Source of the DNA: Meiothermus sp.
Lineage (GTDB): Bacteria > Deinococcota > Deinococci > Deinococcales > Thermaceae
NCBI GenBank assembly: GCA_040290005.1
Contig: PSMF01000002.1
Location: 12,542 to 76,541, forward strand
Reading direction: 5' to 3'
Length of the DNA stretch: 64,000 nt
Numbering within the stretch: the first letter of the stretch is position 1; each line of letters begins with the position of its first letter. The position numbers and the translations under genes were made by a program. The notes below the pieces were generated by a model, which was not told where the DNA came from, searched no databases, and saw only the letters and a list, made by a program, of their open reading frames with translations. This document shows, one piece after another, positions 9,951 to 20,240 of the stretch.

Positions 9951-10092
9951 CAGAGGGCAAAGAGACGAGGGCAAAAAGCCAAAAAATCGGCTCCTGTCTA
10001 GGGCGATAAGCTCTATGCAGCAAGATTCTCCGTTCTGGGCACAAAAGGTTTGAGTCTAACCCTCTGCCCTCTGCCCTTTGCCCTCTGCCCTC
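9951..10092. repeat. heptad-periodic inverted repeat (word AGGGCAA/CCCTCTG)
   Basis: Left arm 'agggcaa agagacg agggcaa' (9954-9974). Right arm 'ccctctg ccctctg ccctttg ccctctg ccctc' (10060-10092). The loop contains 'gattctccgttctgggcac'. Confidence 0.85.
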
Positions 10093-11348
10093 ACCGCCGC
10101 CTGATACAGCCGCTCCACATCGGTCTCGCCGGTCTCGAGCTGGTACTCGAACGCCGCGTTCAATAGCCGCTTGAACTCTGGCCCCGGCTTGTGTCCGCGC
10201 TCGATGAGGTGGCGACCTAGCAATACCGGCTGAACGGGAACCGGCTGGGGCTCGAAAAACTTCCAAGCGCTCGGCTCGCGGCGGTTTCCGGCATCGGCGC
10301 GGCAGAGCAGCTCGAGGGCGTGCAGATGCGGCCCGGCCTCGGCCTGGAACTTTCTTATGGCCTTGGGCGTAGGCTTGGTGAAGGCCGGGACCATATGTAA
10401 CCGCGTGGTGATGATGAGTTCGTCGCGCAGGTCGTTGGGCAGCCGCAAATCACGGGCGATTCGCGGGATTAACTCAGCCCCCACGGTTTCGTGGCCATGA
10501 AAGCTGTACCAGCCCTCGGATTTCCATTTCGCGGTGTCGTGCTTGCCGATGTCGTGCAGCAGCGCGTGCCAACGCACCTCCACGGGGGCGCGGTCTACCA
10601 CTTGCAAAACGTGGGTGAGTACATCCCCCTCGGGATGCCAGCGCGGGTTTTGCAGCAATAAGTCGGCATCCTCGAACTCCGGGATGAGGCGCTGGAGAAT
10701 CCCTAAGTCATATAAATAGCGCAGGAATCGGCCTGGCATCCCGTTTTGGAAAGCCTTATCCAGCTCCGCCGTGACCCGCTCGATGGCGACGTGAGAAAGT
10801 ACGTCAGGGGCAGCCTCGCGGGCGGCCTCGAGGGTCTCCTTCTCGATCTCCAGGCCATACCTTGCCGCGAACCGTCCGGCCCGGATCACCCGCAAATAAT
10901 CTTCCTTGAAGCGCTGCCGAGGGTCGCCCACCGCGCGGAGGATTCCAGCTTCCAAATCGCTCTGCCCGCCGTAGGGGTCAATCACTTTGCCAGATGCATC
11001 CATCGCAATCGCCCCGACCGTGAAATCGCGCCGGGCCAGGTCTTCCTCAATCGTCCGGCCCCACTCGACCTTGGCCTTGCGCCCGTAGGTCTCCACGTCG
11101 CGGCGGAAGGTGGTGACTTCGTAGGGGTGATGGTCTATCAGTACGGTGATTGTGCCGTGCTCGAGGCCCGTCGGAACAGCCCCCAAGCCGTGCTCCTTCG
11201 CCAGCCGCATGGTTTCTTCGGGCGGGGCGGAGGTGGCGAAGTCCAGGTCTTCAGGTTCGCGCCCCAGCAGGATGTCGCGCACCGCACCGCCAACTAAATG
11301 CAGGTCAGGGAGGAAGGAAAGTAGTTGTAAAACCTGCTTAGGTGACAT
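10056..11348 (-). CDS. cca: CCA-adding tRNA nucleotidyltransferase with HD domain
   Basis: 'LVGGAVRDILLGREPEDLDFAT' polymerase-beta nucleotidyltransferase motif plus 'ALLHDIGK' HD motif. 430 aa. The last ~12 codons are encoded by a repeat arm. Confidence 0.9.
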   Translation of the reverse strand: MSPKQVLQLLSFLPDLHLVGGAVRDILLGREPEDLDFATSAPPEETMRLAKEHGLGAVPTGLEHGTITVLIDHHPYEVTTFRRDVETYGRKAKVEWGRTIEEDLARRDFTVGAIAMDASGKVIDPYGGQSDLEAGILRAVGDPRQRFKEDYLRVIRAGRFAARYGLEIEKETLEAAREAAPDVLSHVAIERVTAELDKAFQNGMPGRFLRYLYDLGILQRLIPEFEDADLLLQNPRWHPEGDVLTHVLQVVDRAPVEVRWHALLHDIGKHDTAKWKSEGWYSFHGHETVGAELIPRIARDLRLPNDLRDELIITTRLHMVPAFTKPTPKAIRKFQAEAGPHLHALELLCRADAGNRREPSAWKFFEPQPVPVQPVLLGRHLIERGHKPGPEFKRLLNAAFEYQLETGETDVERLYQAAVRAEGKGQRAEG

Positions 11349-11440
11349 CAGTTATAAGTAATTTCCCGGTATTGAGTGCTTTTGTATAGAAACTCGCACT
11401 TGCCATTTTCGCAGTCATAAACGCTATATGTGCGCTTTAC

Positions 11441-12112
11441 CTAGTTAACCTGGCTGTCTAGTTCGTCAACATTATGCACGATGTTTTCAATATTGCCGTT
11501 ACTTAATGTGTCTTCTTCGATAAGGTTATCTGCCTCATCATATCTGTAAGTTAGTTCTTTCAGTTCATCATTGGGCACGTTGGAAAATATAGTTATTTGG
11601 GTCAACCTGCCTTTGGCATCATATGAATATTTGGTCTCACCACTAGGAGTAATGGTGTTTAAGCGTTTTCCTTGGGCATCGAAGTTCGTTATTGACTTTG
11701 GCTTGTCAGGATTATTAGCTACAGATTCTACTTTGGTTCCTATAGAAACGTATGTAAAGGTTTCTTTACTCTCCACCTTATTGTCTATATACCAAGTCAT
11801 AGAAATAGGTTTCTCTGTGGAGCCATACGCCCACTCGTATCGAAATACTTTCCCGCCGTCACCTATGATTTGAGACACGATATTGCCTTTCGTATCGAAC
11901 TCAGCCCGGTAAACTCTTTCCTTTTCACCGGAGTCAATACGAGTAGAAAGCAGCGTAATAGATTTGACAGCACCTCGAAATCTAATGCCCGCCGTAAAAA
12001 CTGGCGGCTGCACTTGTGCCCAGCAAGTAGTAGAGAAAATAGCTAACAAGAAGAAAAGACAAGCAAGCTGCCTCATAAGGGTTGCCGAAAGTATATTTGA
12101 AAGGACATCCAA
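11441..12112 (-). CDS. secreted protein with YD/RHS-like repeats, in a low-GC islet
   Basis: Signal-like 'MRQLACLFFLLAIFSTTCWAQ'. Repeats 'YSYDAKGRLTQI', 'YRYDEADNLIEE', 'AEFDTKGNIVSQ', 'TNFDAQGKRLNTI'. The DNA is visibly AT-rich compared with its flanks. Confidence 0.65.
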   Translation of the reverse strand: MDVLSNILSATLMRQLACLFFLLAIFSTTCWAQVQPPVFTAGIRFRGAVKSITLLSTRIDSGEKERVYRAEFDTKGNIVSQIIGDGGKVFRYEWAYGSTEKPISMTWYIDNKVESKETFTYVSIGTKVESVANNPDKPKSITNFDAQGKRLNTITPSGETKYSYDAKGRLTQITIFSNVPNDELKELTYRYDEADNLIEEDTLSNGNIENIVHNVDELDSQVN

Positions 12113-12149
12113 GTGCGAATCTAAAAAATTCTCAACCCTTATAACACGT

Positions 12150-12443
12150 TCACCGCGTTATTTGGCCTTCCAGCCAGCGCTGTAGTGACTTTGGGCTTTC
12201 TCCTGAGGGCTTGCCCAGCAGCAGGTTCTCGACACTGATGTCTTCCTTGAGGTCGGGCCAGTGGATTCCCTGTCCACTGCCAATTAAGCGCCAGTTAGCC
12301 CGCTCGCTTGTTGAGCCGTGCAGCAAACGCGGATACCAAACCAGCGGCACGGAAATGCTGCGCCCATCTGCGGGTTCGGCGGTGAGGACGTTTTCGTCTA
12401 TTTGAACTGTAACCGCTCGAGCCGCACACACTAAAGAATTCAT
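12150..12443 (-). CDS. DUF2442-like small protein
   Basis: 97 aa. 'VQIDENVLTAEPADGRSISVPLVWYPRL...W.LIGSGQGIHWPDLDEDISVENLL'-type pattern is typical of DUF2442. Paired with an upstream DUF4160-like gene. Confidence 0.7.
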   Translation of the reverse strand: MNSLVCAARAVTVQIDENVLTAEPADGRSISVPLVWYPRLLHGSTSERANWRLIGSGQGIHWPDLKEDISVENLLLGKPSGESPKSLQRWLEGQITR

Positions 12444-12666
12444 CCCATGCCTCCAACAGCGCCGCTTGATTTTCCTCTACCAGCCCTTGAATCTCCCTGA
12501 GCTCATTTCCCTTGAAACCGCCGCTATTCTCCAAACGCACTGGGTTCAACCAAAAATTTGCCACCGCGTCGTCCCACTCAATATGGACGTGGGGCGGTTC
12601 GCCACGGTCGCCAGAATAGAAGAAAAAACGGTAAGGGCCGATGCGGAGGACCGTAGGCATGAACAA
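12295..12666 (-). CDS. DUF4160-like small protein (long 3' tail overlapping the next gene)
   Basis: 'MPTVLRIGPYRFFFYSGDRGEPPHVHIE...FWLNPVRLENSGGF' is a DUF4160 hallmark. The frame runs on 149 nt past the ATG of the DUF2442-like gene. Confidence 0.65.
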   Translation of the reverse strand: MFMPTVLRIGPYRFFFYSGDRGEPPHVHIEWDDAVANFWLNPVRLENSGGFKGNELREIQGLVEENQAALLEAWDEFFSVCGSSGYSSNRRKRPHRRTRRWAQHFRAAGLVSAFAARLNKRAG

Positions 12667-12684
12667 CTTCAGTGTAACAAACGC

Positions 12685-13719
12685 CTAGACCGCCCCCTCA
12701 AACCCCAGCAACACGTTCACCGCGTTCATCCCAATCTCCTCTACCGCGTATCCACCCTCCATCACGAACAGCGTAGAGAGCCCGAGCCGAGCAATCCGCT
12801 CTCCGATGCGCAGGTAGTCAGGACTGTCTAGCTTGAACTGCGAGATCGGGTCGCCCTTAAAAGTATCCACTCCCAGCGAGACGACGAGAACATCAGGCGC
12901 GTAGCTCTGGATGTGCTTGCAGGCATCCTCGAGCGCCTCCATCCACGCTGCAAATTCCGTTCCCCATGGCATCGGATAGTTAAGGTTACAGCCTTCTCCC
13001 GCTCCAGCGCCCTTTTCGTCGGCGTAGCCCAGATAGTACGGATACTCGACCTTGGGATCGCCGTGTAGGTTGGCGACCAGCACGTCGGCGCGGTCATAAA
13101 AGATGACCTGAGTCCCGTTCCCGTGGTGATAATCCACGTCCAGGACGGCGACCCGCCCGGCGCCGTGGTCGCGGACATACTGCGCGGCAATCGCGGCGTT
13201 GTTGAGGAAGCAGTAGCCGCCCATATAGTCCTGTGCGGCGTGGTGGCCGGGCGGGCGGCAGAGGGCGAAGGCGGCTCTCAAGCCCTCCTTCACCTGTTCC
13301 GCCGCCGTCAAGGCCACGTTCGCGCTGCTGGTGACGGCCTTCCAGGTTCCCGGCCCGATAGGCGAGCCCCCGTCAAAGGAGAAAAAGCCCAGCCGCGCGT
13401 CGAACTGCTCGGGCTCTCGAGTGTGGTTCATATATCGCACCGGCCAGGCATACGGGAGCGCGTCGTGGGTGCGGCCCAGCTTGCTCCACTCGTCCCAGGC
13501 GGTTTGTAAAAAGCGGACATAGTTCGGCTTGTGGACGCGGAGGAGGGGCTCGAGACCAAAATCTCTCGGCTCGATCACATCCCCGAGCTTGACCTCTCGC
13601 ACCCGGTTGATGATGATTTCGGCTCGCTTGGGCATCTCGAAGACCGGCACGAGTTTTCCGGGCATCAGCTCATTGCGCCCATGCTGAAGCTTGTGGAGTT
13701 CGCTGTAGACGGTAAGCAT
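12685..13719 (-). CDS. histone-deacetylase-family amidohydrolase (acetylpolyamine amidohydrolase-like)
   Basis: 'RPPGHHA' and 'DVDYHHGNGTQ' HDAC-fold Zn motifs. Last gene after potABCD on the same strand. Confidence 0.85.
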   Translation of the reverse strand: MLTVYSELHKLQHGRNELMPGKLVPVFEMPKRAEIIINRVREVKLGDVIEPRDFGLEPLLRVHKPNYVRFLQTAWDEWSKLGRTHDALPYAWPVRYMNHTREPEQFDARLGFFSFDGGSPIGPGTWKAVTSSANVALTAAEQVKEGLRAAFALCRPPGHHAAQDYMGGYCFLNNAAIAAQYVRDHGAGRVAVLDVDYHHGNGTQVIFYDRADVLVANLHGDPKVEYPYYLGYADEKGAGAGEGCNLNYPMPWGTEFAAWMEALEDACKHIQSYAPDVLVVSLGVDTFKGDPISQFKLDSPDYLRIGERIARLGLSTLFVMEGGYAVEEIGMNAVNVLLGFEGAV

Positions 13720-13737
13720 TCACTCTCCCAAAAAGTT

Positions 13738-13926
13738 CCCTCTCCCCTGGTGGGAGAGGGTTAGCACTAGGCCCAATGGGCCGGGCTTTACCCGTGCGAG
13801 GGTGAGGGGTCGAAAGCGAAGCTTTCGTGATGGCTGCGAAAAGAAAAGCATTCGCCAAAAGAGGGGAACGCTTCGCGTCATCCGGCTCACCCCCCTCACC
13901 CGGCTTCTCCCACGAGGGGAGAGGAG
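13738..13926. repeat. G-tract ('GGGAGAGG/CCTCTCCC') composite hairpin element
   Basis: 'ccctctcccctggtgggagaggg...gggccgggctttacccgtgcgagggtgagggg' pairs with 'ctcacccccctcacccggcttctcccacgaggggagaggag'. Lies between potD and the amidohydrolase gene. Confidence 0.8.
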
Positions 13927-13933
13927 TTAAGAC

Positions 13934-14968
13934 CTAGCGCTTCAGCCTCGTCCACACCTTGTCACGCAGGTCGGTGGCCTTCTGCGAGCAAATTTTGTTG
14001 GGCCGGAACCGGCTCGTCAGGTTGGCAGGCGTGTTCACGGCGGGGTCGGATTTGAGCGCCGCATCAAAGTAGGCCGAGGAGCCCTTGATGCTGTTATTGT
14101 AGCCGGTGAAATTCGAGGCCACGGCGATGTTTTTGGGGTCCATCATCCAGTTGATGAACTTGACCGCACCCTCCTTGTTCTTGGCCCCCTTCGGCACGGC
14201 AAAGTTGTCGTTCCAGAAGGGCAAACCCTCCTTTGGATAGACGAAGACGGCGGTCTTCAGCTTCTCCTTGGTGCGGTGGGCCGCGCCGTTCCACTGGTGG
14301 TGCATGATGACCTCCTTGGCCTGCATCCGCTCGATGGTCCCGTCGGAGTTGTAGGCGGCCAGGAAAGGTTTTTGCTTTTGCAGGACTTCAAGAATCTTCT
14401 CGGCCTGTTTGGGGTCTTCGGTGCATTGGTCGTAGCCCAAGTAATAGGCGGCAGCGCTATACATGTCATTGGGATCGTTCAGCGCGACGATCTGGCCCTT
14501 GAGTGCGGCGGGCGGCTCGAAGAAGGACTTCCAGCTATCCTCGAGCTTGCCGCCGGGGACTCGAGCCGAATCGTAGGTAAAGCCCGTCACACCCCACATA
14601 TAGGGCGCGCTGTACTCTCGCTTAGGGTCGAACGGCGGCTTGATCGAAAAGTCGGCCACGTTTTTGAAGTTGGGCATCTTGTAAGTGTCAATCTTCTCGA
14701 GTAATCCCTCGTCAATCATGATCTTGACCATATAATCGCTGGGCACGATCACGTCGTAGCCGGTGGCCCCGGCCTTGAGCTTGGCGAGCAGCGACTCGTT
14801 GGAGTCGTAGACATCGAGGTTAACGCGGATTCCAGTCTCCTTCTCGAAGGTCTTGAGGAGTTCAGGCGGGATATAGTTCGACCAGTTGTAGAGGTTGATG
14901 CTCTGGCCCTGGGCGAGCGCCAGCGAGGCGGTGAGGGCGGCGATAATTCCGAACAGCAGCTTCTTCAT
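13934..14968 (-). CDS. potD: spermidine/putrescine ABC transporter substrate-binding protein
   Basis: ATG at 14968 with SD 'gaaaggagaa' gives MKKLLFGIIAALTASLALAQ. PotD/PotF-like body. The longer ORF to 15088 runs through a repeat. Confidence 0.88.
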   Translation of the reverse strand: MKKLLFGIIAALTASLALAQGQSINLYNWSNYIPPELLKTFEKETGIRVNLDVYDSNESLLAKLKAGATGYDVIVPSDYMVKIMIDEGLLEKIDTYKMPNFKNVADFSIKPPFDPKREYSAPYMWGVTGFTYDSARVPGGKLEDSWKSFFEPPAALKGQIVALNDPNDMYSAAAYYLGYDQCTEDPKQAEKILEVLQKQKPFLAAYNSDGTIERMQAKEVIMHHQWNGAAHRTKEKLKTAVFVYPKEGLPFWNDNFAVPKGAKNKEGAVKFINWMMDPKNIAVASNFTGYNNSIKGSSAYFDAALKSDPAVNTPANLTSRFRPNKICSQKATDLRDKVWTRLKR

Positions 14969-14984
14969 GGTTCTCCTTTCGGAA

Positions 14985-15106
14985 AGCGATGAGCGATGAG
15001 CTAAAACCGGGCTTGGAGCGCGTGGCTCGTAGCCTGTGGAGGTTTTTACCACTTGCCACAAGCTACAGGCCACTGGCACTTGGCTCATGACTCATCGCTC
15101 ATTGCT
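14985..15106. repeat. heptad-periodic inverted repeat (word GAGCGAT/GCTCAT)
   Basis: 'agcgatgagcgatgagctaaaa' pairs with 'tggctca tgactca tcgctca ttgct'. Lies at the potC/potD junction. Confidence 0.85.
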
Positions 15107-15893
15107 ATCTCCTCTGTCCGATCAAAAACGAAACCGTCACAAACAGCACCGAAACCGCCAGCAGCAGTGTAGAAATCGCGTTCACCTCGGGGGTTATCCC
15201 GATGCGAATCATACCGAAAATGTAGACCGGCAGGGTAGTGGCCCCGGCTCCCGCGACAAAAAAGGTGATCACGAAATCGTCCATCGAGGTGATGAAGGCC
15301 AGCATCGCGCCGGAAACGATGCCGGGGACGAGCAGGGGCAGCGTGACGCGGCGGAAGGTGCGCCATGGGTTCGCGTAGAGGTCGGCGCTAGCTTCCATCA
15401 GCTTCGGGTCGAGGCCCTCGAGCCTCGCCCGAATCGGCAGGTACGCGAAGGGGATGCAGAAAACCGTGTGCGCGATGATGACCGTAAGCAGCCCCAGTTG
15501 GATGCCGATGGCGAGGAAGAATAAAAGCGATGCGACTGCGGTGACGATTTCCGGCACCAGGAGTGGCAAACCGACCAGGCCATTAAACACATTCTGGCCG
15601 CGAAACTTGCGTCCTGCCATGCCCACTGCGGCGGCGGTGGCGACGACGGTGGAAATAATCGTCGAGATGCTGGCGACCACCAGCGAGTTTTGCGTAGCCC
15701 GCAGGATGTTGGGGTTGTTCAGGACCACGTTATACCAATCCAGGCTGAACCCCGTCCAGATGGTCGCCACCTGATTCGCGTTGAAAGAAAGTGCCACCAG
15801 CACGAAAATCGGCACGTACAAGAAGGCGAAGAAGAACACCATCACCCAGAACAGGCCGGGGAAGCGCCAGAGGGGGTTGCGAGGGTTAACCAT
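15105..15893 (-). CDS. potC: spermidine/putrescine ABC transporter permease
   Basis: ATG at 15893 (MVNPRNPLWRFPGLFWVMVFF...). Multi-TM protein with the EAA-like loop 'LMEASADLYANPWRTFRRVTLPLLVPGI'. Confidence 0.88.
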   Translation of the reverse strand: MVNPRNPLWRFPGLFWVMVFFFAFLYVPIFVLVALSFNANQVATIWTGFSLDWYNVVLNNPNILRATQNSLVVASISTIISTVVATAAAVGMAGRKFRGQNVFNGLVGLPLLVPEIVTAVASLLFFLAIGIQLGLLTVIIAHTVFCIPFAYLPIRARLEGLDPKLMEASADLYANPWRTFRRVTLPLLVPGIVSGAMLAFITSMDDFVITFFVAGAGATTLPVYIFGMIRIGITPEVNAISTLLLAVSVLFVTVSFLIGQRR

Positions 15894-15907
15894 GCGAAAC
15901 CCCTTGG

Positions 15908-16008
15908 CGCAGGTCGCAGGTCGCAAGCGGGCAGTCGAAGGTCGAAAGTCTAAGGTCGAAGGCCAAAACCTCGTTCTGACTTTTGACCTTAGACCTTTGT
16001 CCTTCGAC
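15908..16008. repeat. heptad-periodic inverted repeat (words GTCGCAG/GTCGAAG)
   Basis: 'gtcgaag gtcgaaa gtctaag gtcgaag' (15934-15961) pairs with 'ttttgac cttagac ctttgtc cttcgac' (15981-16008). Lies at the potB/potC junction. Confidence 0.9.
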
Positions 16009-16016
16009 ACAACTTC

Positions 16017-16963
16017 TCACGTCAGGCTCCCCTTGCCCCGGAAGCGCAGGGCGTAGACCAGCATGAACAGCAGCACGACAGCCAGCAGCGCGAAAGAGAG
16101 CGCTGCGCCGAAGGGCCAGTCCCTCGAGACCCCGAACTGCTGCTGGATGAGGTTTCCAATCATCAGGCTCTTGGCCCCGCCCAGCAGCTCGGGGATAAAA
16201 TACGTCCCCAGCGCGGGAACGAAGACCAGGATACAGCCCGCCACCATCCCCGGCGCGGCCAGCGGCAGGATGATGCGCCGGAGCGCCTTCCAGCGATTGG
16301 CGTAGAGATCGAAGGCGGCCTCCATCAAGCGCCAATCGAGCTTTTCCAGGCTGGTGTAAATCGGCAGTACCATGAACGGCAAGAAGGCGTAGACCAGGCC
16401 AATTTGCACCGCGACGGGGGTGTACATCAGCTCGAGCGACCCGTTCAGCACGCCCACTTTCTTCAACCCGTCCTCGATCAAACCGCCGTTCCTGAGCAGC
16501 AGAATCCAGGCGTAAGTACGTACCAGCAGGTTCGTCCAGAACGGGATGGTGACGAGGAAGATAAGCCACTGACGGCGGTGCGGGGTTTGCAGGGCGATGT
16601 ACAGCGAGGCCGGGAAGCCGATCAGGAGCGTGATAATCATCGTGACGAAGGCCAAGCCAAAGGACCTCGAGAAAATCGAGAGATAGTCGGTGTTGAGCGT
16701 CAGGGAGTCGCCGAGGTTGCGGTCGAAGAGGAACTTGATATATGCCTCGGGCGTGTAGTGGCCCCACCGCACGCCGCCGAAGTTGCCAGGCTCGAGCCAG
16801 GACATCAGCGCCATCAATAGCATCGGCAGCAGCATGAACACGAAGATAATCACTCCTGCCGGGAGAATCAGCGACCAGCGCGTTACTAAATCGCGGCGTT
16901 CTACCGCGCGTTTGCTCGAGCCATCGGCGGCGGAAATAGATTTCTGCGAAGGGTTTGCCATCC

Positions 16964-16967
<4 letters not shown>
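16017..16967 (-). CDS. potB: spermidine/putrescine ABC transporter permease
   Basis: 316-aa multi-TM ORF with '[28 protein letters not shown]'. Overlaps potA by 4 nt. Confidence 0.9.
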
Positions 16968-18049
<1,082 letters not shown>

Positions 18050-18080
18050 TGCTTCCTCCGAGGAATGTCAAAGGCTAACA

Positions 18081-18290
18081 CAGCGATGAGCTATGAGCAA
18101 TGAGCGATGAGCTAAAAGCGTCTTAGGTCGTACGTCTTACGCTTTACGCCAAAACCACCTCATGTCCAGAACGAGGATTCTCAAACCTTGATTTCAACGT
18201 CCCAGAGGTGAGCTAGGTTTTTAGCCTTTAGCGTACGATGTTGGACCTAAGACGTACGATTGCCCTGGCTCATGGCTAGTTGCTCATGGC
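18081..18290. repeat. triple-nested heptad/loop-motif hairpin element (~210 bp)
   Basis: Outer shell: 'cagcgat gagctat gagcaat gagcgat gagctaa' / 'ggctcat ggctagt tgctcat ggc'. Middle shell: 'gtcttag gtcgtac gtcttac gctttac' / 'gcgtacg atgttgg acctaag acgtacg'. Core: 'ctcatgtccagaacgaggattc ... gatttcaacgtcccagaggtgag'. Confidence 0.9.
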
Positions 18291-18727
18291 TATCGGTGAT
18301 ACGGTTCGCCCCGCTTCAAGGTTTCGACGCGATATAACTGCTCAAGCAGCACCACCAGCGCCAACTCGTGCTGCAAGGTCAGCTTGGAGAGGGATAAAAC
18401 CCAGTCCGCCGCGTCCCTCACCGCCTGCGAATGCCCCTCCGCACCGCCGATGAGGAAGGCCGCTCCCTTCTCGCCGCGCATCTCCCAGGACTCGAGCTTA
18501 GTTTTCAAAGTCGTCGTATCCACCGATTCGCCGCGCTCATCCATCGTCACACGCAAATACCCTTCTGAAGCTTGTAAAAGCCGCTCGCCTTCCTGCGCTT
18601 GCGTGCCTTCTTTGAGGTAGAGAAGCTCGAGCCGCGTGTACCGCTCCAAACGCCCGGCATACTCACTCAAACCCGCCTTGGCGTAGGCCAGTTTGGGCTT
18701 CCCGATGGCGCAAACCTTGATACGCAT
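18290..18727 (-). CDS. rlmH: 23S rRNA (pseudouridine1915-N3)-methyltransferase
   Basis: ATG at 18727 gives MRIKVCAIGKPKLAYAKAGLSEYAGRLERY... Typical SPOUT RlmH, ~145 aa. Confidence 0.85.
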   Translation of the reverse strand: MRIKVCAIGKPKLAYAKAGLSEYAGRLERYTRLELLYLKEGTQAQEGERLLQASEGYLRVTMDERGESVDTTTLKTKLESWEMRGEKGAAFLIGGAEGHSQAVRDAADWVLSLSKLTLQHELALVVLLEQLYRVETLKRGEPYHR

Positions 18728-18905
18728 TTCCGTTCCCAGTCTACAAAACGTTGTAGACAGCACAGCCGCCCTCGCGTACCCTCACCGAATGAGGTGGGGC
18801 ACATGTGCCTCTAGTCCGATGCGCTATACTCAGAGCTATCAGGGGGTCTGCGTGAGAAGCCTAGAGACAGCTCTAGTCGTCATTATCGGCTCTCCCACCC
18901 CCGAA

Positions 18906-18937
18906 GCCCGGTATACCAAACCGGGCGTTTTTGTTTT
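18906..18937 (+). terminator. canonical intrinsic terminator on the + strand, ~100 nt upstream of the E1-alpha start
   Basis: 'gcccgg tataccaaa ccgggc gtttttgtttt' has a GC stem plus a T-run. The reverse strand has no T-run. Confidence 0.65.
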
Positions 18938-18998
18938 CCCCGCGCCCGCCTTTACCCAAGGGGGCACGGACACTTCACGGCTCTTACCAGGGGCCTAG

Positions 18999-20147
<1,149 letters not shown>

Positions 20148-20228
20148 AAGCGTCGCAAGTCTCGAGTCTCAGGTCTCAGGCCAACGCCAAGGCTTTTGAC
20201 ATGCGACATGAGACCTGTAACCTGCGAC
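20148..20228. repeat. heptad-periodic inverted repeat (word GTCTCAG)
   Basis: 'aagtctc gagtctc aggtctc' (20157-20177) pairs with 'ttttgac atgcgac atgagac ctgtaac ctgcgac'. Lies at the E1a/E1b junction. Confidence 0.88.
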
Positions 20229-20240
20229 AGAGGTGTTGAA

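Noticed and set aside
15886-16767. 293-aa minus-strand ORF, plus other alternative-frame ORFs over the pot genes
   Set aside because: It is in an alternative frame of potB/potC. It is Arg/Pro/Gly-rich and has no transporter-like hydrophobicity.
18838-18937. Weak resemblance to a TPP riboswitch ('gggggtctgc gtgaga', 'acccccgaa..ccgg')
   Set aside because: The core 'CUGAGA...ACCUGAUCUGGAUAAUGCCAGCG...AGGGA' is not reproduced, and the putative P4/P5 is simply the terminator stem. It would need a covariance-model scan. It is reported only as a generic leader/sRNA candidate.
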